Shown here: positions 1 through 12,700 of the stretch, piece after piece
Position numbering within the stretch: the stretch's first letter is position 1
Layout: the number at the start of each line of letters is the position of its first letter
The notes under the pieces: model-generated
Told to the model about the DNA's origin: nothing
What the model saw: only the letters and a program-made list of their open reading frames with translations
The model's database searches: none
Source: Asterias rubens
Lineage: Eukaryota
Reading direction: 5' to 3'
Length of the DNA stretch: 64,000 nucleotides
Assembly (NCBI RefSeq): GCF_902459465.1
Contig: NC_047067.1
Span: forward strand, 11,966,001-12,030,000
Made by a program: the position numbers and the translations under genes

Positions 1-56
1 AACACCAAAAATACTGTTACAGGAGGCGAGGGTTAGAGATCTTTAGATTGTTGACC

Positions 57-335
57 TTAAAGGCACTGGACACTATTGGTAATTATATTAGCATAAAACC
101 TCACTTGTAACGAGTGAAGTAATGTAGTTTTCGAGAAAGAAGTTATTTCCAGGAATTTGATTTCAGGACCTCACATTTAGAATTTGAGGTCTCGAAATCA
201 AGCATCTGAAAGCACACAACTTTCGTGTGACCAGGGTGTTTCGACGACCAGTTTTTCACAGTTTTGTTTTGTTTTATGATACACCAAGTGAGAAGACTGG
301 TCTTGACAATTACCAATAGTGTCCACTGTCTTTAA
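57..335. mobile_element. Kolobok-like MITE family A (TTAA-AGGCA(C/G)TGGACAC TIR), internally deleted copy
   Basis: TIR AGRCACTGGACACTATTGGTAATT at both ends, TTAA flanks, internal hairpin arm. Confidence 0.8.
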
Positions 336-705
336 ATGGTTTTGGTACCTTTCGTAGATCAAGTATTTTGGCCATGACATGACTCCCTACTCACTGTGAA
401 TGAAGATGGTGTAATATAATTTACCTGTTGAAGTTTCAGCTTCATAAGTAATCAAGTTTTTTAGAAGACAGTGAAAATCACGAAGCACTGTCTTCAGAAG
501 AGTCAAGTAAATACTATAAACATGCTAAAATAATGTTCATCTCCTGAGATGAACATTATTTTTGTGAAATTGTTTTACTAATTTCCCACAAAAAACCCAA
601 CACCCCAGCAAGTAGTATTTTAAGGGAAGCTTTCTACCATCATTATCTTCAAACCGTCTTAGACATTGTGTTTTTTGTCCTACAAAAAGTACCCAAACCC
701 TTCTA
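332..705. mobile_element. Kolobok-like MITE family G, degenerate (second copy at 41311-41680)
   Basis: Termini resemble TTAA-AGGGTTTGGGTAC; the internal sequence matches the 41311-41680 copy in reverse orientation. Confidence 0.6.
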
Positions 706-752
706 ACTGGGTTTGGGAAAGGGGGGGGGGGTTCATGAAGATAGAAAATCAC

Positions 753-3700
753 CTTTGTAAATTGTAAGAATGATGGAGGGCGCTCTTTCTTGAAGACTTT
801 CAGATGAGGAAGAAGCCGTTGATTGAAATCGTACAACTCTTTCAACGAGTACCCTGAGCCAACCTTAATCAAGAAGGAAAAACAGCTCAGTTAGACAAAT
901 GCTTGTTTACGATTTTAATTTTTTTTATACGATAAACAAGTTTCCTTAAAGACGATGTGACCTTTGACATCACTCGAAATAACATGATTCGAACGCATAC
1001 CGCCAGGCAAAACCTTTGTGTTTTGGTAGCCAGCTAGAAAGTACACGCAATCTTACTATGACTACACAACTTTTTGCCCAGCGAAACATGACGTGAACAG
1101 TGTTTTGTCAACAGAGGGCGGTTTGTGAATGTAAACATAGGTCACATTGTCTATAAATTGTGTAAACAACAGTTTTCCGGCAAATAAAAACAGAGGAATC
1201 ACATCCGTGTACATACCTTTGTGAAGGCTATAAAGTTGGTTGGATGTTCACCGGGTACTTTGGATGGTTCGGCAACAGCCAATAGAAAATGAGATACCAT
1301 CTGCGAGCGGATCTAAACAGTGTTTTAAAGTTAAGAGGAAATTTGTAACGGCTCATTTGATTGGATGAGATGAAAGTGACATTAACTTGGAGTGAGCGGC
1401 TGATGAATGGATGGTAACATGTGCCCAAATATTCTGAAAAATGTATCATGCAAGAATCATGAGAACAGTTTTTGTGTTCAAGTTTTCTGAGAAAACCTTT
1501 GAAAGGTAACCATGTATAAAATAAAGATCAAACTACTTTACAACATTTTTCATCACAAAACAGGAAACAATCATGACAAGTACTACAAAATCATAGGGTG
1601 ATTGGCCATTCTATCTATTTCTGCTAGGGTGGATAATCACTAATTGCAATGGCCCAGCAGATCTCTAAAATAAAAGCTAAAACTCAGAAATTTGATTTTT
1701 CTTTTTATTTACAACTTACCCCTTTACCAAAGTAGCCTCCAACTATTAACAAGTCCAGTTCATCCATCAAATTGTCCACGTATTCTGGTTTGATTTTCAA
1801 CCATCCACTGCCTGCAAATGAAAACATTTCACACGTCATTCTGCAACTTCGATGACCAATCGAGTCAACATTTTCACAGATTTTTCACAGATTTTATACA
1901 CAGGTTGGGTGAAAATACTGGTCTTTGACAATTACCAAAAGTGTCCTACGCCTTTAAAGGGATGCTGCAGTGAATACAAATAAAACAGTTACTTTTGCTG
2001 TCATTTATTTCTGATATATGTATTGAACATCAATAAAATGTGTTTTGTTTATTCCCGACATATCTGACTTGCGTAATTAACGTATAAGTCATGCCCCCCT
2101 TTTGTGGATTGTTACCGCCCCCCCCTACCATTGACGTCACGTCGGGAATTCAAACATTACCGTCGGCAAAAAGAGACTGGTCCCTAACTACACGCGCCTA
2201 GGTACCAGGCCACACAGTGTACACGTCTCTATATGCACACAGCCAGGGGGCACGACAGCTCGGGTTACCGACATGACGTCACATTTATGCAAATGAAGGC
2301 TTCCCCTGATCTCTTGAAAACCATTTTTAAAATACTTGCGCATTTATTTAGTCATGTTTAATCGTTTAAATGAATAAAAAAAAACACTGCAGCAACCCTT
2401 TAATGTGATTTTGCACGTTACCTTTTCGCCTGTCTGGCCGGTATGCTGTGTTGGGATTCTTGATCATGATTCCCTCCTCTCTACTATCAATGGCATCATT
2501 CAAGGCTGTCACAACGTCTAGTCTATCAGATCAGGAAAAAAAAACAGCTTTAAGAAATCCATGGTTTTAGTATTAAATTTAGTATTACCCTCATTCCCCC
2601 TCAAAAGACAAAAAAAAAAAAAATATAACTCTCATAACACATTTTTACATATTTTTAATTAAAAATGTAATATCAAACAAGACCTCCGAGGACATCCGGA
2701 GGGATAGCTAGCGATTGCAATGTCCTAAAACGATAATGAACAATTTGCTCTTGTGCTAACCAAAATCAGTAATTTCATTTAAAAGCAAGCATGATATTTG
2801 GTCCTTGGAAAAAAAGTGCAGTGTTTTATGGCATGTAAGGACTGACATACATGGTTACAAGGTGTAGGGTTAAAAGGAACACGTTGCATTGGATCGGTCG
2901 AGTTGGTCTTTGAAACGCATTTGTAACAATTTTTTATAAAATACATGTACATATGGGTAGAAAGATGTTGTAAAGTAGAATACAATGGTCCACACAAAAA
3001 TGCCTCGAAATTGCACGGTTTTCCTTTTACCTCGTCGACTAACACGGTCGGTCATTTATGGGAGTCAAATAAATGGCCGACCGTGTTAGTTCACACATGC
3101 AATTTTGAGGCAAACTTGTGTGGATCATTATATTCTACTTTTAAAACACCTTTCCAACCATATGCATTTTTTTTTAAATGGTTACAAACACCTATTTTAG
3201 ACCAACTCGTCCGATCCAAGGCAACATCTTTCTTTAAAAGACTTGCAGGCTATTCAATCACAATTTATTATTTTTTTTATGGGAAAAAAAGAAAATCAGA
3301 CTAGGAAGTAAGAAGAATACCAAGCCTGCTTAAAAGTTAAAATTCTTAACTAAATGATGAAAATTATTGCACACTTATTTAATCTCTTACTTTGAATTTG
3401 CTTCCCTTCTCTCTACAATGTGAAGTCTCCCATCCACTGGATTGAAAACCCTGCATCACAAAAAAAAAGTAAGAAAACCCCAAAGGTCAGTTAAAGAATC
3501 CTTTGCACGACACAATTGCTTTAGAGCATTGCTTTACTTTTGCTGCACAAGTAATATGTCAAAATAATAATAAAAACAACAATAATAGTGCCCTGGTCTT
3601 AACATTTTGATTTGATTTGATTTGATTTGAAATGGTTTATTTTGCAGCCAGAGGCCGTATAGACCGATCAAGTAGGCTCCGCACACGAGCAAGAACATGT

Positions 3701-6700
3701 GAGCAAGAACAAGTGGGGCTCTCCAATGCCTTTCTGCACAACTCTGCCGCGCGCGCCTAAATACGCGCACACATGTCGGACCTTATTTGTCGGACCTTCG
3801 TTGTGTTGTGATTGGTCAATACACAATGGGGTGGAGCTTACTGGATCGGTCTATTTAAACATTTGTACATGAACAAATTTAAAAACTTTAAATACAATCT
3901 TAAGTTTAGAATTAACAGTGAAAGCAAAGAGGTCATAAGCAAATCAAAATTAAAACAAAGAGACGGCAATAAAAAAGAAACCAAATTAAAAAACAAAATA
4001 GTCTGAGAAAGGGGAACTTAAACAATGAAAGAAATCTTTGAACAATTACAATTTTTGCATTTATTTTACTTTTTACCAAAAGTGTTGATGTTTTTTGACC
4101 GAAAAAGGTATTTATGAATGGGAATGGAAGTGTGTTGAATCGGTTTTCAACTAGCGGTTTAAACCCGCCGAGGCCTGGTTCTTGATAATTTACCTCGACT
4201 TCGTCTTGGTAAAATTATCGAGAACAAGGCCCCGTTGGGTTTAAACCATTAGTTGAAAACCTCTTCACCACATATTGATTATGGTTGAAACAAAGCAATA
4301 CATATTTTAAAAACCAGGGACTCAATGATAGAAAAAAGGGAAGGAACTGGCATTGAGCTACATTGTTGTTTAAAATACGAGTTAGTTCTTCTTACTTGCT
4401 AATGTACTGTACCCTCTCATGGAGCGGAAGGTTGGCAAGTTTCTTATCATTGAAGAGAAGAATGTCAAAGACACAGTAACATACCTGAAGATCTGATGAG
4501 TGGAAATCAAACACAAAAAAAGTAATGCATTTCATCATATTGACTAAAATGAAAGGAGTGAATCATCCGGTTTGTGAGTATGATGTACTCCACTGTAAGC
4601 AGGGCTTGAATTATAATAATGATAATAATAATGACTAGTACTTATATAGAGCATTTCACAATAAAGTCTCAACTGTGTTACATTAGTGCCCTGGTCGTCT
4701 GGAAATCTGGTCATAAACAGATCCTATTATCTTTCTCAGATCCCTGGAGAGTATACAGCTCTGAGCTGCCGTGTAGCTCCAGAGGTTTTTTCAAACACAT
4801 TATAAAACACATTATCAACCTCTACCATCGCAAGTACCCATTTAGACCCCTGGGTGGAGAGAAGCAATTATAGTTAAGCATCTTCCTCAAGAACACAAGT
4901 GCCAGGAACGATGTTTGAACCCACAATCAGAACTTGAACCCAGATACATTGTATCTCTAGAACAGTTTAAAGCTAAATCAATGACAGTCAGGAAAAGTCA
5001 AGCCTAAACTTACCTTGGTCATCCCTCATCGTCTTAATATCAAAATTCTCTCCCTTGGTCCTGAAAAATCAAATAAAAACCTACCATAATTAATAAGTAT
5101 CACTTATTACAATAAGAATCCTATAAAGGGAAGGTTATTTATTACGTTTGCAATTACTTTTAAAATTAATGTCAATAAAAACTTCTCGTTAGAAGCCTAC
5201 AGTAGCTTAAGTTAGTATATTATGAGCACTTCAAAGTATAATGTCGTTATGTAAAAGAAGGTTAGCACGCTTTTTCGCGTGCTTACTGTTAGAAGCGCTA
5301 TGAAACGGAAATCGCATAGTGAGCAAAAGATTTGCCATTAAGCAACACTACTGTATGGGCCCCGATTGTCAACTTACATGAAGGTTTTTGTTTCTGGATT
5401 GTAGGCCATCATCTCTCCATCCAGTATGCAGTTACGAACATCCCTGACAAAGAGAAGAAATTCAACTTTATCTTGCGGGTTAAAAAAACCACCAAAACAA
5501 AACACCAAAAACAACTCTTGTTTGTCCCATATAAGATATTTTGGGGTGCACTAATTAAGCAGCCATTTTCAATCTACCTTTTGAAGCAGTTTGCAATGTA
5601 TGGTGTCAGACTGCCATCATCTGGAGTCTCGCCAAAGGAACGGGAATAGTCGTGGGACCTAAAGAAAAGCAAAATTATATTTAGATTAATTTCAAAAGTA
5701 CTGCAATATTATCAGTGCGCCTTAATTAGATGCAACTCAGCACTAGTTGTGACTAATTTTTAATTTCCAAGATGCATTCCAGCATAAAAAAGTTTGATGC
5801 AGTTTCGTAAGTAAGTCATGATGTCGTGAAAAGTCATGAGCAGCACAATTGGTTTACCAAACAGGTAGCCGCGACTATTTTTGTAGTAGTTGTGGCAGCA
5901 CGATTAACTGAGTTTTTGAAAAACTGTAATTGCGACCAGACTAAGCAATCAATAGTCGCGACTACAAACTAGTCGCACTAGTCGCCCAGGCTTAAAAGAA
6001 ACCACTACGCCATCACCAGAATAGGTTTGGAAAAGACAGACTGCATGCTGACCTACCTTCTTGAGAAGTACTTGTAAGAGTTTCCTTCCTTGTGAAGCTG
6101 CATCCTCTCTCCATCAAGTTTGGTCTCGATGAAGAATGGTTTGTGCTCCATTAACTTCTCAACCTAACAAGATAAAATATGACAATAGAAACAAAAAATC
6201 CGACGAAAAATCACCCGGGTGGGATTTGAACCCACAACTAAATCCCACCCGAGTGTATTGCCTTTGGATTTTTTTTCACAGAACTCTGGATAGTACTGAG
6301 TATTCAGTGCTTAACACACATCGATTGTGGGTAAAACATAATTATATTCTTTATAACAAAAAACTGACATCTATCAAAGTAAGTGAAGCCCCAAATGTTA
6401 AAAATAATTTTGTGTTTACTACGATATTTTTTGTGGATTAATGAACAAACTTGAAGTTCACGATAATTGTAAGAGTCATGGTCGTTGACCCCAACTGTTT
6501 GTCACATTGCTTGACAGTTTCCATAGTCAATGGTAGTCAATCGAAAACTATAATGGTTTGTCCATAGACCTTTCGCAAATACCATTGCGCAAGCGCAGAC
6601 TGTTGAATGAGGTGCATTGTGGGATAGATATATACGGATCAAATTTTATCACCAGCTAGACCACGATGCACCTAATTCCAAGCTTTACGCGCGCACCCCA

Positions 6701-9700
6701 GTATTTGCGAAAAGGTCTATGTTTAGTGATGTCAGGCCATGTATAGACCCCCTGTGTTGGCCGCTATTTATGATGCCAAACAAAAGTGAATCGTGCATGC
6801 GCGTACGCGCTGCACACGACTCTCGGCCAATGATAGCTCTTCATCGGGTTTGATGGCCAATGCAAGGGCTCGATTGTTTACCTGGTTTGTGTTGGCTCTC
6901 ATTCCAAGCATTGGGCTGAAGGCTGAAAATACGCTAATCCCAACCTCATTCATTCTGACCCGAGGATCATTTAAGTCAGCACACAACTGCAGCGAAAAAA
7001 AAACAACACTGACTATCAAATTAAAGATAGTCACAGCTTCAGGGGTGAGAGTCATTACTAACGAAAAAGTCTGAAACTTGGAAACCAAGGTCAAAGGTAT
7101 GTTGAAATGAGGCCACTTCTACCTTTTGGTAACCCAAAATGATTGATTCCAAGGAGCTTTTGAAAACAGTATCCAAAGCACTAGAGAAGTAGACCAATTA
7201 GCAGGATTTCTTTATTTGTGGAAAAAAATATTGTCTGATTTTCTTCACCAGGCCGACATAAAAAGTATGAATTCAGCCAAAAGTCTGAACAGTCTCATCC
7301 CTGCAGCTTAGGTAATGACTCAGCCTCGCTACCATGGGCAGTGCCCCGTCTCGATGATACCTCTCATCGCCCGACCCAGAACTGACTGGACATTGGCCTT
7401 AAAACAACATGATGTCTTACCCCTAGTAGGGATGTACTGAAAAACACCAAATAGGAAATAAAATAGTAACTTATATTACGCGAGCACTGGTATTAAAGAC
7501 ACTGGACACTATTGGCAATTGTCAAAGACCAGTCTTCTCACTTGGTGTAGCTCAACATATGCATAAAATAACAAACCGGTGAAAATTTGAGCTCAATTGG
7601 TGGCAAAGTTGCGAGATAATAATGACAGAATAAACAACCTTGTCTCAAAAACTATGTTACTTCATAGGGAGCCATTTCTCACAGTGTTTTAAACCAACAG
7701 CTCCCCATTACTAGTTACCAAGTAAGGTTTTATGCTAGTAATTATTTTGAGTAAATACCAATAGTGTCCACTGCCTTGAAAAAACTCTGGTCTTCATTAT
7801 TATTTAAAATTTGATTAATTTATTAGCAACTACCAACAAATGCTGGCACAAAAATCCATATCGTTGATTCATTTGTTTGATTCAAACTAAGTTAAGGAGA
7901 CAAAATTGAGATAAAACAATAATAGATTTGCTTGTTTGAGAATTTTGTTCATTACCTTAGATACGTTGTTTGTGACATTGAAGAAGTCTTCTGCATCTGG
8001 ATGGAAGATATGGAAGATTGCAACTTGACTCAGGCCAGACTTCATATCCTAAAATAAGTGGGTCAAAAAATACATAGTGAATCGTAAGGAAATAAATAAT
8101 TTAATTTCCATCTGTTAAATCATGAAGGTGAAGTTCTTTACTGCCACTGTGGAATCAGTACTGCTTTATGGATGTGAGTCCTGGACACTAGCCTGTCATC
8201 TAGAGAAGAGACTGGACGGCTGCTATACGAGAATGCCTCGCTGTGTTAAACAGATTCATTGGGAGAGGCATGTCACAAACCTGGAGCTCTACGGTGGGCT
8301 TCCGAGAGTAAGCACCAAGATTAGGGCAAGAAGGCTGAGACTAGCAGGTCACTGTCTCAGACATGCTGAGCTGGCAGCGAGCAAGCTTGTGCTTTGGGCC
8401 CCTACTCAAGGTCACTGTTCCCGAGGTAGACCGCAAACCATCTATGTGGACACCTTGTGCCGGGACTCTGGACTGCGTCGTGAAGAGCTGCGTACAGCAA
8501 TGGAGGACCAACGTGTTTGGAGGGCCATCATCCATGCTCCGCATCGACTGAATGAATGAATGAAATCATGGCAGTAAAAACCAAAAACAAAACAAAAGAA
8601 AACAGACGAAGTAGTTCTAAGATAAAATGTTGTCTAGTTGTTATTGTTTTACCTTCATGATCATTCTGACCAGCCACTTCTGTTCCAGTGCGCTGGTATT
8701 CCTTAACAGGTGCATGAAGTTCTTCTTAACTACATCCTTCTTCTTTGCAGCGTTGCTTCCAGCTATGGCATCAAGGCACGTATTGACATCCTGAATGGTC
8801 AAACTACAAAATAAAATACATCCATGGGCGAATGATAGGTGAAGTATAGGTCTAGTTTATAAGTGAATAATGAAGTTAAACTCGTCACAACAATCGCAAT
8901 TTTGACTTAAAGACACTGGACACCTTTGGTAATTGTCAAAGGCCAGTCTACTCACTTGGTGTATCTCAACATATGCATAAAATAACAAACCTGTGAAAAT
9001 TTGAGCTCAAACGGTTGTCGAAGTTACGAGATAATAATGAAAGAAAAAACACCCTTGTCACACGAAGTTGTGTGCATTCAGATGCTTGATTTTGAGACCT
9101 CAAATTCTAAATCTGAGGTCTCGAAATCAAATTCGTGGAAACTTACTTCTTTCTCGAAAACTATGTCACTTCAGAGGGAGCCCTTTCTCACAATGTTTTA
9201 TACTATCAACAACAGCTCTCCATTACTTGTTACCAAGTAAGGTTTGAAGCTAGTAATTGTTTTGAGTCATTACCAATAGTGTCCACTGCATTCAAGGTTT
9301 TGCACGATACCGACTAGTGGTAAAGCACTGTACACCATGTGAACAAAATGTATATACATCTACCTCAACCAACCTCAACCACTCAAAATTTGCATCAAGA
9401 ATATTTATTTTGGTTTTAACCTTGACTAATATATGTTAGCACTGATACTCAGTGCTTACCCGATTTCTTTAAAAACAAATCACAGGCATAATTCTCGGGT
9501 GGGATTCAAAACCAGGACCTTTGCAATATCTACTAGACCACCGAGATTGCCCGGTAGCTAGAGGCAGTTTGAAATATTCTTTAGCAACGGGTACTGCAAC
9601 GAATTAAAAGATGTTAAATTTGCATCTGGATAATTAATATATATTTTGGATTTATCCTTGCACTGATGTGTGTAAGCACTCTATACTCACTACTCTCTGA

Positions 9701-12700
9701 GTTTTGTATAAAAAAATCACTGACATATTACTCGGGTGGGTTTGAACCCATGACCTATGCAATTCTAGAGCAGTGTCTTACTGGATCTGGATCTGGATCA
9801 ATATTCTCAACGCTCTTACAAGAGCAAAACGAGAAGAGTGAGTGTGCGCGGTGCAGTTTTTAGTTACTTCTTAGGTGAGATATGACGGCTCCTTTAAAGA
9901 TCTTATTGTCCGTGATGGCTATGATGTCTGGTGGTAATGTGTTCCAGTCTTTTACTGTTTGGGGGAAGTATGAATATTTGAAACAGTCTTTGTTTGCGGA
10001 GAACAGTTGGTAGGCCTTGTTGTGATTGTGTCTGGATTGGCGTGTGACCGGCTGTAAGAACTTTCCTGCCGGGACGGCAGCCTGACCATGGTGGATTTTG
10101 TGGAGCATTGAAATTCGTGCCACTTTCCGTCTGCTTTCCAGGGTGTCCCACTGGAGAGATTTTAGCATAGTTGTAACACCAACTAGACCACCAAGATTGC
10201 CTGGTAGAGCAGAGGCAATTCAAAAACCAGAACTGCTAGAGGGAGGCAGACAACCTTAACCAAACACACAACCTATTTAATTGTCAAGTAATAAACCATA
10301 AGTAAAAATGACCGGGTAAAAAGTTAGTGGGTCTCCCTATTTTTTTCAAAATCTTTTGTGAAGTATGAAGTAATGTTAAGTTGTAAACTAACCTCCCCTT
10401 TTCTGGGCATCTGTTTCTGAGCACAAAATATGCAACACTGGCAAAGTCTCCAGCTTCCTGATTCAACATAAAAAAAAGAAAGAAAAAAATGAGAACATTT
10501 TATACTGGGATATTATAGCTGAGTGGTGTGCCACACCGTACTGAAGTCCTGATATTTTCAGAGTGTTGATTTGGTTTCAGGTTTTGACACTTGTCCTTGA
10601 GCAAAACTTAATAAGGTTGGATGCAATGTGTATGCAAGTTTATGGTTTAAGATGATGTACATGAAGTAGGGTCTACTGATGACAATAACATGTAAATGGA
10701 CCGGGTAAATTCTTACTCATTTGGGATATATTGATAACAACTTTTTTTGTTTGTACTACACCACTCTAGTTTGGGAACTTGCATAATTTAAATTCGAACT
10801 TAACCAATCAATTGTGCGAAAAATCACAACAATTTCTTAAAATGTTCATGCAGGGTGTCTCAACAGAAATTACCTTTGAACGACTCATTACTGAGACAGA
10901 AACATTATCTCCATTAGGAAATACCCTCACCTGTTTGGCAGTTGGTGCTCTGTAATTGATTAACTTCTTAGCATCTTGGCTTTCTTTACCCAAGCCAAGA
11001 ATTTCAATGTACAACTTGGCTAGGGTATGCTGTATAAAAAGAGAGAAAGAAAACAAGAGATAAATCCAAAATCAGAGGGGACTTAATTAAAATAAGAACA
11101 TTTGAAATTGAGAAAAATATTTTTGTTTTACTTTGGTGATCTTTTTGAAGAATGAATTAGGCTCTCTAACCTCAGATAAATCATAATTATTATAAGTGTA
11201 GTTCTCTGTATGCATAAATAAAAGGAACAAAAATTAGAAGCACAAGTAATGGACTTGTAGATTAACAAGCAACCCTACAACAGTGATTTGGATTTTGGCC
11301 TGGTAAGCACATAGGTGCTAAGCTACCACCTTGAGTTGTGCCCACTTAACTTATTAGCCTAACTCTAAAATAGCCGGCCATTGCCCATTCTCACAACCAT
11401 CATGTTCAGGAATCCATATAAAGTCTGTAACTACAAGGAGGCCCAGAGGCCATGGGCTCTGGTCTTGGCCTTGGTGCCCCTTTTCCCATAGTCTTTAAGA
11501 TGTTCCGATGGTGGAAGTACCGTTTACAAAATAAAAATGGCATTGCCCTCTCAAAGATGAGATTCCATACCTCCCATGGCCTTTACGCCTTGGTGCCCCC
11601 TTTCCCATAGTTTTTAAGATTTTCCGATGGTGGAAGTGCCTCTTACAAAATAAAAATGGCCTTGTCCTCTCAAAGATGAGATTTCGCCTTGGTGCCCCCT
11701 TTCCAATAGTTTTTAAGATTTTCCGATGGTGGATGTGCCTCTTACAAAATAAAAATGGCCTTGCCCTTTTAAAGATGAAATTTCATACCTCCTTGATACC
11801 GTATGCGATTCTTTCCCTTTCCAGTTGCGGCAGTAACAGTCTCATCACAGGATAGAAATTGTCTTTCTGTGGGAAAATAAAAGGCAAACAAATAAAGTTA
11901 GCCATTAAAGTTAGCCCTTTCAAAAACGAAGCATACAGCCCTGCTTCACCCTGTTTTGCAAACATGTGTACACTTCACCCTGTTTTGATCTGAAATTTAG
12001 CAAGTTAGCAAGTTCAAAAAATGATTCTTTTCAAAAAGGTCAGAAGGCCAAGATAATCAATATTAATCTTTAATGTAATCAATATCATTATTATTCATTA
12101 AACCTCAATGATACTAACACAAACACACAAAGACAAACAATCAAGAAAACAGAAAACATCAAAACAAGAAACATAGTCCGCATAGCACAAAATACATTAG
12201 CAGCAAACTTTTTGAAGTAAATGCGTAAGTCCACTTGTGCAATGTTTTTGGCGCAAATACACAATAAACGTTGCGTAAGTGGACTAATACTAGTTGCGTA
12301 ATGTTTCATAAAAACCGGCTGCTGGGTTGCATTATTAATTTGACAAACTTCATCAAAACTGCCCCACATGAAAACATTTTCCAGTGTACGCTAAAAACAA
12401 ACCTCTTCAGTTAACTTATAACTAGCTTCTTTTGTTAAGTGCTTCGGGACGAATGTGTGAGGTGCTCTTTTTATTATATAGGTATTTTTTAGTAATACAG
12501 AACTTTTTTTTCTCTTCATAATACACCAACGTGATGCAAATAAGTTGAACACAGTTCATCATTACCGTCGTTGGATCATCCTCATGAAGATGTTTGTGAA
12601 ACTCTCTCCACTTGTTAAGGAACTCTCGGAACATCTGTTTCTTGGCCTCGCCGCCGTGCTTCTTCTGTACCTTCTCCAAGAATCCAGCAAGTTCAGCAAA

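Noticed and set aside
400-540. Next LIG4 exon (EKPEV..) sought between 1 and 752
   Set aside because: The region is occupied by MITEs A and G with no matching frame; the gene continues left of the window.
2213-2250. CACAGTG heptamers as RAG/ProtoRAG RSS-like ends (also ~33541, 41609, 55049)
   Set aside because: No nonamer at 12 or 23 bp spacing and no paired inverted ends.
9001-9317. Recurrent ORFs such as [19 protein letters not shown]...[10 protein letters not shown] (also 25783, 26349, 42842)
   Set aside because: Chance frames in MITE family A copies; not a multicopy protein family.
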